Counted from the whole stretch's first letter, positions 13,780 through 25,520 are shown. The stretch: DNA of 56,111 nt, filler included, from Sluysia triapertura (GCA_046118255.1; 4 parts of 4 records of this genome joined end to end with filler, not necessarily neighbours in it); one strand, 5' to 3'. Notes: generated from the sequence alone by a model not told the origin. A program made the numbers and translations.

Positions 13780-14527
13780 TAACATACACAATTCGTGTAG
13801 TGAAAGTAAATATAAAAAGTTTCAAAGGAAGTATTGTTAATATAACTTATGTTGATTATGAAAGTAATGAAAGTTTTGATACAAATTCAGAATTTCTATC
13901 ATTAAAAAGATTAACTATTTGAGAAAATAATAAAGATACACAATGTTGTGAAGTAATGCCATGTAATGAAGAACAATTTTCCTTCGTAGTCGATCGTAAA
14001 GAATCTACCGTGTCAACAGTGAAGAAATATATCCTTTTATGTTATTCGAAAGTTAATTCATTAGAAATCATTGATGTTAAATTTGATCGTGTGTTTTTAA
14101 TAAGAACAAAACATCGTTCTCTCTATGTTGGTCATTGGTATTTAGAATTATTTTTACACATCAGTCAAAATTAGTTAATTATGGTGATTACTTTACAAGA
14201 GATAAATTTCAAACACGAACAAAAAATTTATTGTATGAAAATCCTGGAGTTAATCAATTTCTTACTTGTCCAGATCATTACAAATGTGGTATTTGCCTAT
14301 ATGGGACGTCAATTGATGGTCAATGTTCGAGATATGGTATAAGCTGTAAATATGCTCACAAAGTTTCAGATCTACAACAAAATTCCAACGATGATCAGAT
14401 GTTCGTCAAGAATGTCAAGTGTATTATTGACCTTATTTCCTCTTTAGAATTAAAATCAAGCACTACGAGTTCATCTAACAACGGGAAATTAGAAAACGTT
14501 CTCTCGAATAACAATTTGATTTTCAAA
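13780..14527 (+). pseudogene. Decayed gene with Tudor-like motif and CCCH zinc finger
   Basis: RVVKVN...VNITYVDYESNE (Tudor-type V.YVDYG..E); CLYGTSIDGQCSRYGISCKYAH at 14294-14359; a stop and frameshifts lie between them. Confidence 0.45.
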
Positions 14528-15000
14528 GTAAATTATTTGATTTATAAAATGATTAAAATTTTTAATTGTGATTCTTCTTTTTTAGAACTAGACTTAGTAT
14601 CAAGAGAATGGATTGTAACGTGGACAAATGTAAATCGACAATATTTCTGTATAAATTCTAGAACAATATTTACAGTTATTAACTTAGTCTCCTTAATGTT
14701 TAATGCATTTATTTTTGTTTTATCATCAGTAAAGTTTATAATAATAAGAATCTGAACATAATTTTTTTAAGTTTAAAAGATTTTATTAATGATCATGATA
14801 TTAATTTTAATAAGAACTTTTACAATTTTAATTTTTTTTGTAAATAACCAATTTGAAATTAATTTGAATATTGAATCCGAATATAAATACATTTTAAATT
14901 TTCCAAACATCTAGCTTATTATCATTGTGGATTATGTATAGATTATTATTATGTTTCAATGAAATATTCATCTTGTTTTCCAAATTTTTTATTATTACTA

Positions 15001-15156
15001 AAAGATATTCAGGACTTCCGTAATGTAAGCTCATTTGTAAATTATTGTCATGATTTTGAATTCTATTCTTGCTTTTATTGGCAGCCAATGTAATTACTTA
15101 AGATAGGATGTTAAATGAGATCTTCTCTCAACTTGGAGAATTAGTCTTGCTGCTTG
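15001..15156 (-). mobile_element. L2/CR1-group LINE ORF2 C-terminal fragment
   Basis: Minus strand QAARLILQVERRSHLTSYLK*LHWLPIKARIEFKIMTIIYK...HYGSPEYL: the characteristic AARL...H.T..L..LHWLP...RI.FK motif. Confidence 0.85.
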
Positions 15157-15210
15157 ATTAATTATTAATTGTAATTTTTTCAATTTTCTATATGAAATTG
15201 AGTACAATAA

Positions 15211-15310
15211 NNNNNNNNNNNNNNNNNNNNNNNNNNNNNNNNNNNNNNNNNNNNTTAATTAATTAANNNNNNNNNNNNNNNNNNNNNNNNNNNNNNNNNN
15301 NNNNNNNNNN
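15211..15310. other. Artificial contig-joining linker
   Basis: 44 N + TTAATTAATTAA (stops in all six frames) + 44 N; identical at three places. Confidence 0.95.
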
Positions 15311-16569
15311 AATTAACAATACTCATTGCAATTCATCATATTTGGAAAACTTCTCCATTTTACTTCATCAAACATCAATCATCCAATATCTCGGTATTAG
15401 ATTGTCCTTCTCGAGGAGTCCAACCAATTTTCAATTAAAAACCAAGGTGATTAAATCGTGTCCCGCGTCTACGATTAGAGGGAACGATTTTCCATAGCGC
15501 ACATAATTTTGAAGAAGAAACAATCATCTATTTTTCGTGTTTATTGATTAATCGTAAATTTAAATTATATAAGTTATCAACTTTCTGTAGAGTCAAAAAT
15601 ACAGGTAAAATATCTTTTTTCACGGTTGGTCATTAAGTCCAATCACAAAATCACACTAAAATATAAAATCTCAAACCTTTAGTTGGCCCTTAAGGTCAAT
15701 TATAAAATAGATATAGTAGGGTAGAATCGTACGGCTAGACCCTTATTATAATTCAAATATTATTTTTATTATAAGTCTTGTATTATCTTATACTATTTTA
15801 CATTACTTAATAGTTTTAATAATCTATCATATTAATTTATGACAAATTACATTTTACTTTTGTTATTACAATTTGTATATTTATGCATTGTTTTTTAATA
15901 TAGATAATTTATATTCCACAGTCTTTTAATTTGGTAATTAGTTAATTCAAGAATTATAAAATTTTACGGTCACTATATTAGGATTTGGAGACATAAAGAC
16001 ATTACCATTGTTTATCATTTGATTTTCCATAAATTATCGTTGGTCTTGATTATTTTTTTAAGTGATTTAGATTTAGTTGTTAATTGTTGACGATTTTGCC
16101 CATTATCGCTAAGTCAAGGCAAAGAATATTTTTGTACGACTTAATTTTGATACTTGCTTTCACGTAATTTTTACAGGTACGCCATTAGTAAGTCGTATAC
16201 TGTAAACGGACTCATAATAATTAACTATTTTGCTGTAGGTTAGGTTTTTAGGTTAAGAAAAACACCCAGCACACAAAAGCGTACTTTTTCTTAATTAATT
16301 TACTTAAGATTTTAATTAATTAATCTATTTTTAGACTTAATATTATTTTATGTTTAATGGTTTTATTAAGGTTCTAAAATTATTTACTATTTACAAGCAT
16401 TCAGGAGGTTCTAGATGTGATTATCTTCATCTTTCTGAATACTTTTTCCACTTCTTTATGTTAATTATTACCATACTAGATTTATCTTTCATACCAAAGA
16501 TTTTATTTCTCAAATATTTTAAAGATTTTAAATACTCTATAAGGTTACTCAAATTTCTTAAATGCTTAT

Positions 16570-16848
16570 AAAGGTTTCAAAAATACTTAAAGGTTAATGA
16601 AGTTTCAGGAGGTTCAGAAGTTCAAAGGTTTTCCAAACCCATCTCAAACTTCCGCACAGTCTCAACATATTATATAGGTCTTTGGAACTCCAAGGTATTC
16701 TTCATTTATCCACATTATTATAGATGCTTCATTCTTACTCCAACAATATTTATAATGTTCTATCCATCACTTTGTATCAATTCTTCCTTTATTTTGTAGT
16801 TCCTTGTGTTTCAATCATCTCCTGATCCACAGTTTAGCAATCCCAACA
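16570..16848 (-). repeat. Family-2 dispersed repeat (TGTTGGGATT start, LTR-like)
   Basis: GTCTCAACA...TAGGTCTTTGGAACTCCAAGGTA and TGATCCACAGTT are reverse complements of blocks in 30120-30270; the terminus AATCCCAACA also occurs at 31518-31527 and as TGTTGGGATT at 37358. Confidence 0.6.
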
Positions 16849-18830
16849 AACCTAACACCAATAAATAAACCCATTATAAAACAAGGTATGCGTAAATAAA
16901 TAAATTATATGGTTGAAGTTATATAATGTATAAACAATTGACTATTTTATAGATGAAATTAAACATACATCATATATTACATTTAATTATAAAACGAAAA
17001 GGATCATGTAATAAATATAACTACAGGAAAAGATTAACTTTAGAAAAATATAAAAATAAATTAAAAAATTAATTTCAGTATTAAGCAAAGCACAACTTTA
17101 TATGGTTTAAGTATACAAAAGAGAAAGAAAATATTTGGTTAAGACAATTGGTGGATATGTTTTGAACAATTTGAATCGGCCATGTTTTGTACTAAAGATT
17201 ATTTTAACAGCAATCGCTTGGATTACTGATACCTCTTGTCAGTTAAAATTAAATTCCTTAATTTAATTTAATTATTTCAAACGATTATATAATTTTAAGA
17301 CATTTAAACTTTTTTTGAATTTTAGTTTATTAAAATATTAAAGTATGTAAATTTATTAATGTGAACAAATAAAAAAAGAAGATTGTATTTGTTTTATAAA
17401 TAAAAATAAAGATTCATGACAAAATAAAGATTCGATTTCGAAAGTAAAATAATAACAAAAATCGATGTAATGAACAAAAAAATTAATTCAGTCAAAAATG
17501 GCACACTGTCGTAACAAATTTGTTGTCAAAACAATAAACCCCACTATCACACTATGTATATATAAAGTATATTTGATTATCAAGTAATAGTAATTGGTTT
17601 TTATCTGATTACGAAGATTTTTTGATGTAAATTTAGTTGTTGTTGTTATTATTATTATTTTTTTATTACATTTTGTTTTGTCAATAACACTTTGGTAAGT
17701 AGACAAAAATTGGTAGGTTGTCTTCTTGTCATAAATAAATAAAGAGTTATATTCTATCGGGTTGTAAAAAGTATTTTCATTTATTTTTTCTTATTTCAAT
17801 TCCCGTGGGATTTACAAATTTAAACATGTTTTCTTTAGTAATGCTTTTTATATTTACACTTTTTTGTACACATAAAAATAACAATAATAGTAATAATTAT
17901 TATTATTAAGATTATTATCATCTTGATTATATAATGCAATATTATTTTAAAGATAAGATCTAGCTATGCTATTGTATTTGCAATGTCAATAGAATATAGT
18001 TAAGTTTTGTGTTATAAATATAATAATGATTTATTGTTATAATTATATATTGAGATATAATAATGAGGATTAAATATAAGGGTTTATAAACACTTTTAAC
18101 AATCTTTATTTTAATTCTTTTTAACACTAAAAATTGCTAAAAAGTAAAATATAAATTATGCAAAAGTGTTGCACTGAGAAAATTTGGATTTGATGATTTT
18201 ATCAGATACGATCAAATTGTTATGATATTTGGGTAGATATTTACTATGTTGTCGATACTATTTGACATTTAGTATAGGATAAGTGAAAGTACAAACCCTC
18301 TTAATATTAATTATGGAATTTAGAATTTAAAAATTAATTTCTAAGTCAATCAAATAATTGTGACTCATTATGATATTATTTTTATCAATTAATAATTGTG
18401 GGGCATTAAATATGCTAAAAATGTCAATTAACAAGGTTAGTAAAACAGAGTTAAAACAATTAATTGTGTCGAAGAGTTCCTTGTTTCAGATTCTAGTCAG
18501 TCTATTTTGTGAAAGAAATAGCTTTATATATTATTGATGTACATAATAATGACTAATATTAATCACAACTCAAATTTCGCATAATTTTTCATACACCTAA
18601 ACGTTTTAATAAATACATGGTACAATATGTTATGAAAATAATAATTTTATAACTTTGTTACGTCTTTTAAATTATTTAAATTATCTCTTTAATAAATTTA
18701 AGTTGAAATTTAATCTAAATTGTCTTCTCTGTATCACAATAAATATCTATTATCACGATTAAAAGTTAATTATCCCAAATTAATGTTGTATCCAAGTAAC
18801 GTTAAATTACAATTCAAATAAACGTAAAAT

Positions 18831-19761
18831 TGTGGTTTTTCTAACACTAAACCTAAGCAGGGTCTGGTTACAGAAACATATAGTTGACGTTCCTATAACT
18901 TGATAATTACTTTAGTCTTAAAACTTCAAAGCTGCTAATCAATTTAATGCTTGTTAAATACCTAAGGTTCTATAAACAAAGATTATCTAATACAATTAAT
19001 AATGAAATAAAACAACAAACTCAAAACTTTATTATGGAAATTTAAAATAAGAAAGAAATGACAAAATTGTTTGTAAAAATTACAGTTAAAACTGTTTTAG
19101 TGTTTAACTTTGTATCAATAATTTTAGTTTATCTCTATTTTACCTCTCAATATATCGGGGAAAATTAATTTTTTTTAAAAATTATATTTGCCTACATTTT
19201 AAGATACTCATTTTCTTAATCAAAAGTATTATCACCTTACAAAATAAAACTTACTTTTACATGGAATTGATGAAAATTATTTTTTATGTTAAATTAATTA
19301 CTTTTATATTTGAATTAAATTTTTTTAATTAAATTTTTATTGTTAATTTAATTTGGATCCAGACATGACATACGTTCTTGTAACGCTAATAGATTTTTAA
19401 ACACATGTTAGGTTGTCATCACAACCCTATAAAATAATTTAAAAATGCCACAATGACACCTTGAAATTATTTGAAAATATTTAAAACCATCGAAAAATTA
19501 ATTAAAAGCATATAAAACAACTTGAAAAACCATTTATTAATTTTTAAAATTACTTAAAAAACAATTATTAGAAACAATTAGAAAATAAAATTTCTAAAAT
19601 AGAAAATTAGCTTCTAAAAATAAAACAGAAGCTTCTAGAATACTTTTTATGTGATCTTTTAACTTATTAGTTACAGAAGTGCCAATGATACAGTAAGATA
19701 TTTACTGTAACTGGACCCTGCTATAAATATTTTGCCGTAGGTTAAGTGTTAAAAAACCACA
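18831..19761. mobile_element. MITE-like element with ~45-bp imperfect terminal inverted repeats
   Basis: TGTGGTTTTTCTAACACTAAACCTAAGCAGGGTCTGGTTACAG at 18831 is inverted at 19705-19761 (CTGTAACTGGACCCTGCT..TAGGTTAAGTGTTAAAAAACCACA); the interior is non-coding. Confidence 0.65.
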
Positions 19762-19788
19762 GCACAAATATTGTTAGACTTCATTAAA

Positions 19789-19833
19789 TGGACTGACCGG
19801 GATTCGATGCTTTGACCACTGAGCTATCAGCCC
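19789..19833 (-). pseudogene. tRNA-derived fragment lacking the anticodon arm
   Basis: GGGCTGA-TAGCTCAGTGGTCAAAGCA-TCGAATCCCGG-TCAGTCC-A: acceptor stem, A box and partial B box present; anticodon arm, variable loop and 5' T-stem missing. Confidence 0.7.
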
Positions 19834-20150
19834 CATCTAACAATTTTTATTTTATTATAGTCAATTATACTATAATTATTCTAAATGACACTGTTTTAGG
19901 CCTGCTGTCAACACCATAACTCTAAGAACCATTACAATTTGAATAAGTCATAAATAAAATTAAAATTGCAAAATAACCAAGAATGAAAAGTATTTATTTC
20001 ATAATTTCCTCTAAACAGATATTTATATTTTCATGAATACTGAAAAGGATCAAATGGTAGTTTCAATAGTGTTACGTTGTCATTCCAACCCTTCAAAATC
20101 TTAAAAAATATAAAAAGAAATTGTTGTACAAGGACAGATGTTAAACCTAA

Positions 20151-20432
20151 ATATACTCTGCCTAAAAATTCTGGTCCCAATTGCGGAGGGGACCGAAAAC
20201 CAGTTGTTGTTGCTGATATAAAGAATATTCCGCATGGTCGGCCCGAATATTTGACAATGGTAAAGATAAAAATAAAAATAAATATACTCCACTTGTGAAT
20301 GCTGGTCTCAGTTGCCGAGGGGACCGAAGACCAGTTGTTGATATAAAGAGTACTCCGCCAGAAAATCCAGACAACCAATTAAAAATAATACTCCGCTTAG
20401 TAGGCCCAGTAGCGGAGGGGCCCGAAGATCCA
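20151..20432 (+). repeat. Triplicated GC-rich structured motif (candidate RNA pseudoknot)
   Basis: ATACTCYRC...GGTCCCA.TTGCGGAGGGGACCGAA.ACCAG-like units at ~20151, ~20282, ~20387. Confidence 0.75.
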
Positions 20433-20439
20433 ACCAATC

Positions 20440-22250
20440 ATCATCCACCTCACTTCCCAACCTTGCTCCTGTTCCTGCCACCTCTCTTTATCTGCTGCCT
20501 AAAACCGCTCCTGCTCGTTTCTGTCTATCTCATGCTACTTCTCTTAAACGGCATTCTACTGCTCCTCTATCATCTACTCCTCCATCTAAATCTTCTAAAA
20601 TAACTAGTCTACCTTCTTCTACGAACCTACCCTCTGTTTCTTCATCTAAAAACTTACACTCTGCTCTTCCACCGGTCCGGAAGTTACGCTCTGCTCTTCG
20701 GCATAAGTTTCTTAGTCCAATTCCCCCCGGCTGATGTTATCCCTCTTGCTAATGTTCCTCCTTCTACTGACATTGTTTCTTCCTATGCTCCTGCTTTTCC
20801 AGATGCTGTTTCTTCTACTGATGCTCCTCTTTCCACTAATGTTGTCCGCAATGAAATTGCATCCTCTTCTTCTTTCTCAGACAATGCCGAACAGGGATCT
20901 GTTGATCAGGGCTTTGCAGCGTCCAAAACTTCTTCTATAACCTTTTTGATTCTTTGCATCTTCAAATTCACTACCATTCTACCTCTGTTGATTTCTTTCA
21001 CATTACTGTTGATCTTGGACGACTTGGTTTTACTTCCTTACATTCTGAATACCTTATCCAAACCATTGTTCATTGTTTTCGAATTTTTACTTATTGTGAC
21101 AACAATCTTCGCTGTTTCTCTCTCGAATACTTGAAACTGGACGCAAAACTCTATTTCCGCAAACCTGATCATATCTCTACTCTTAATTGGCTTTCCGGTT
21201 CTATCGATCCTGATATGTTTCCTTCTAAAGCAACTCTTTGGGCTAATATGAGGGACTGCTGCAAATCCATCAGGGCTAAGCATGGCATTGTCATTCTTTT
21301 TGCTTTTGACAATGATACATTTACTCTTAAACTTTCTTTGCAGTCTTCTTCGTTTTCATTCACCAAAGATGAGAAGGAAGGCCTTCCATCAATTGACTGG
21401 ATTGTCCAATTTTTTTAAATGGCAATCCCTGAAATGCCAGTCCCTCTTAACTTCTTCCCGCGCGCAATCTCAACTGTCCAATAAACTTCTTCTTAGTTCT
21501 GAACTTCCAGACAACACCTACTTCTTCATTGCCTACGTTGCCGCTTTAAGTGCGAGTCCGCGCCCCACGTACTTAATCGCTGTCCTTTCAACTCTTCTCT
21601 TATCACTCTTCGACATAACTTTGCTTTAAATCTTATCCGCTCTTTCTTTAGGGACTGTTGGGTTGACTTTGAATGCCACTCTCAGTGTAAGCTTTTCTCT
21701 AATCGCTCAGATGTCCCTGACGAAATCAAAAGGCAGAAACCGGACCTTCTTCTTCAATTTAATTCTTCTTTCTACGTTATCGATGTCAAAATTCCTTTTG
21801 ACAAACTTAAATCTTTCTCTGATGTCCACAAGAAAAACTCTCTGAAATATCTTCCTTTCTCCCAACACTTATCTAAAGTCACTCGTTCTAAAGTTCAGAT
21901 CTTTACTTTAATCTTCTCTTCTCTTGGTACTATTTATTCTGAAAACTTCAAAACTCTACAACATTTTAATTTCATCCAATCAGACATCAACAAAGCCCTG
22001 GTAGAAATCGCCTTTGGAATGGTGAAACTCTCATATAGAATTTATATTAACCAAATATTATCAAGATACCCCAAAATACGAAGTCAAGCAGCTCCAGCTC
22101 CAGCTCCAGCATCTGGTCTCGAAAAATGATCGAACTGAAAAAGAATTTTTCAAATTTCTCATGATCCCTTTTTTATTGTTTGTTTGTAAATTATCATTAT
22201 GTACACCCTTCGGGCATAGATTTAGTGATATGTATATAATAAAACTTAGG
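20440..22250 (+). mobile_element. RLE-type non-LTR retrotransposon fragment 1 (Ser/Pro-rich N-part, RT deleted, post-RT region, CCHC finger and restriction-like endonuclease)
   Basis: Open frame 21536-22129 missed by the ORF track: RCRFKCESAPHVLNRC, LRHN, KPDLL, VIDVKIPFD, KNSLKY, FSSLG are RLE hallmarks. Confidence 0.88.
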
Positions 22251-22299
22251 TATTATTATTATTCTAATGACAAAATCCTTGAATTACGACAATCATACA

Positions 22300-24570
22300 A
22301 CAAAATAGAGCCACCCATTCATCTGATCTTGCTTCACGTGATTTTTTTCTCTCCTCTGGAAGTACTGATTCAACTTTTGCTCTTGAAATGGTGCACCGCG
22401 CTGTCCCGCCAAATACTAAAACTAGAAATAATACCAATCCTCCTGAAGAAACTGTACACTTTCGAAGAGGTAAGAAACATCACGCCAAACCCAGTAACCC
22501 ACTTGCCACTAGCTACCTTCTGCGAAAAACTTATGACACAGAACCCTTTCTCTCATTCATAAACTTCTCAGTGATGAAATCGTCGGACTTCAATAACCTC
22601 CCATGGAATCCATTATCTCTCACTTTTACGCTTCGGAGTTCCCCAAGTTTACCCAATCTGACTTGTTAAGCTTGCCTGCATTTGAAGATTTTCTCACAGA
22701 CCTACCTATATGTTTAAGACTGCTTTTTCAACAAGTGATAAGTCTTCTTCTCCAGGTCCCTCTGGCATCTCCTTCCTGGACTGGAAACTTGTGGATCCAG
22801 ACTTTTCCTTTTTGCTTTGCCTGTTTAAATACATCCACAGCACAGCTGATGTTCCTCTGCAATGGAAAACCTTTCACACGCACCTATTCCTTAACATGGA
22901 AAAGTAATGATTCTATATCTCCATCCTTTTGGCGCCCCATTGCTATTGTCGATACTTCGAATCGGATTTACATTAAAATATTAAACCTACGATTAATAGA
23001 CTGGAGAAAAGCTGGGAATCTTATTAGTCCGATACAGAAAGCATTAATCCATCCTGATGCCTGCCTCGAACATATTCACAAACTTCAGACTCTCTTACAT
23101 GCCAGTACAACTCACTCTTCCATATCTCCACTCTTTATTTGCTAGCTAGATTTCTCTAATACTTTTGGCTACTTGAGAAATCTAGTTTGCAAAAACCAAC
23201 ACTCTTGCTATTGCAGAATCTGTACAAAGACAACTACTGTACATACTCCCTTGGCCGCCACATCTCCACTTCTGTGCAAGCTGTCCATTATCTATGACAC
23301 TCTTTTGTCTTGCTATTGAATCACTGCTCCACTTAAATATTCGAAGCGTTTCTCCCTTTACCTAATTGGGCTATTCGTTCAATTGCCTTGCCTACGCTGA
23401 TGATATCATGGTTGTATCAAACTCCCATCACTCTCTACAACAGACTTTAGATGATCTTGTCACACTCTCTTCGTTCATCAACCTAGAATTTTGCTCTGAT
23501 AAATGTGGCCTCCTTAACATTATCAAATCTTCAACTCCCTTTACTTTTTTTAATACTCCTGTTCCTATAATTAATTCCGAGGTACACTATACTTATCTTG
23601 GATCGAAAATCGGAAGTGCAAAACACCTATCAATTAAATCTTTACTCCATACTGCTCTCTGACTGCTCTAAAATCTTAGAATCCCTTCTTTATCCTGTTC
23701 AAAAAATCAGAGCCATCAAAATCTTTATTTTATCTCGCTTCTCTTACCTATTTAGAGTTTGAAAAATAGCAAGAACGCAGCTCGGGAGTGCACGAATGCA
23801 CTTCAATAATAATGAGGATACTAATAAGAACTCGCCATTTTTTGATAGAAGCTTTAAAAACATCTTGATGCCCGTTCTTCAAATTCACTTTCAGTCAAGA
23901 TCGATTGACTTCCTATTGATCTTGGAGGACTTAGTTTTATTTCTCTTCACAGTGAATACTTGATTCCGCATCTTTACCTCTGCCGACAATACTCTTCGAT
24001 GTTTCTCTATAGAATGTCTTAGGAGGACTCTAAATTATACTTCCGGAAACGAGATATTATTACCACACTCAACCGGCTTTCGGGCACCACTGATTCTGAA
24101 ATGTATCCTTCCAAGTCAAACCTGTGGTAAAACGTTAGACTGCTGTAAGGCTCTTAAAACCAAACACGATATTCGAGTATTGTTTGCTTTTGTAGATAAT
24201 TCTTTCTCTAATAAATTAATCTTACAATCGACTTCATTTTCTTTCAGGCCTTTCATCAACTGACAGGGTTATTCCATTTTCTAAAATGGCAGCCCTTGAA
24301 ATGCCTATTTCTTCTTAATTCCTTTCTCGCACAGTCTCGATTTACGAATAGAATGCTCATGAGCTCCGAAATTCCCGATAACACTTTTTTCTTCGTACTC
24401 AAAGCTCGAACAAATACTTTACCTCTAAATGTCACTAGGAGAAACTTGAAATCTCCCCACCAATTTTCGGCGATGTTCTTTTAAGTGCGAATCTGCCCCT
24501 CACGTTCTTAACGACTACCCTTCCAACTCCAGCCTTATTAACTTGCGCTACAACTTAGCACTTGGATTTA
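22300..24570 (+). mobile_element. RLE-type non-LTR retrotransposon fragment 2 (degenerate RT, thumb, CCHC)
   Basis: SPGPSG, WRPIAIVDTSNRIY, ISPIQKA, CLEH, LDFSNTFG, CPLS, LAYADD (23387), YTYLG, ARTNTLP, CSFKCESAPHVLN; many frameshifts; 23880-24570 is paralogous to 20960-21630. Confidence 0.9.
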
Positions 24571-25520
24571 AGCTTCTCTCTTATGTTGGTTCTCTATACT
24601 GTTGGTTTTGCTTCTGTAGTTCCTGCTATTCATGTTGCTACTGAGCTTTCTGCTAGGGCTCTGTCTCCTGATAGACCAGTTTATCCTGAGTAACCAGCTA
24701 GCCACTCTCTTGAAGTGAATGCAGTCTACCTGAATGTTCCTGACAAACATAATTATCTAAGGCATCTTAAATGTCTCACACAGGGCCTGTCCACAGTTAG
24801 GCCGTTGTATTCCAGGCATCAAGTAAGTCGTGATACCTGCTGCTCACCCAGTTGTTCCAGAGAACCCATTAAGCACCTCGATGGTGCCAGTTTGTGATCG
24901 GACTTTTTTTCTTGTGCATGCCTGTGATTGATGCTCTGATTTATTATGTCATTTTTATTACATTATTTATTTTGTATCCTTTCTCTTGTTGGTTAACATC
25001 CAGCCCTATTCCTTCTGGAGGTGGTACCGGCCCTCATGATTTTTGGTTCTATGAAGATGAGATAAAGCTGTATTTTGAGTCTGTTCTCAGGCCTTATCTC
25101 TTTAAAACATCTATTCTTGGTTACAGCCCTGGTTGCCGTTTCATTTGTGCAATATTACATATTGCCAATCACTTTATCCTCCTTGTTATGGACTTAGAAA
25201 AAGGTCAGTCCTATGTTATTGACCAACTCCGTGCCCGTAATAATTTTGCCACCATCTCTAAAGGTAGAACCATCTCATTTCGAATTTTCAGGCTCCTTAT
25301 CTTTAATTTCTTGAGCATGCACCGCACCCATTCATACTCCAGCCAAACTCTCATGACTATGGTGTTATGGTTTATGAGTACTTGAATGCTCTTTCTTGGA
25401 GACGTTCTCTTTCTTCATTTGAGCCTGCTGCTGTTCCTACGTCCTCAAGAAAGTAAAAATCTCACTGAGTGGTCTAAAACCACTGTTAAGAGTTTTATTC
25501 CACCTAACCCTAAAAATGTT
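24570..25520 (+). mobile_element. Retrotransposon-associated Ulp1/C48-like cysteine protease remnant (NeSL-type module)
   Basis: WFYEDEIKLY...NHFILLVMDLEKGQSYVIDQL, then after a frameshift LQPNSHDYGV: H/D/Q/C order of Ulp1 proteases with the catalytic Cys codon apparently TGT->TAT; same CT-rich composition as the RT fragments. Confidence 0.65.

Noticed and set aside
20151-20432. CRISPR-like or SL-RNA/Sm-site interpretation of the triplicated motif
   Set aside because: Eukaryotic context, degenerate repeats with related spacers and no cas genes; the Sm-like AATTTTTAGG on the minus strand is present in only one copy.
20734-21134. Leu-rich ORFs that look like membrane proteins
   Set aside because: Off-frame translations of the CT-rich retrotransposon coding strand.
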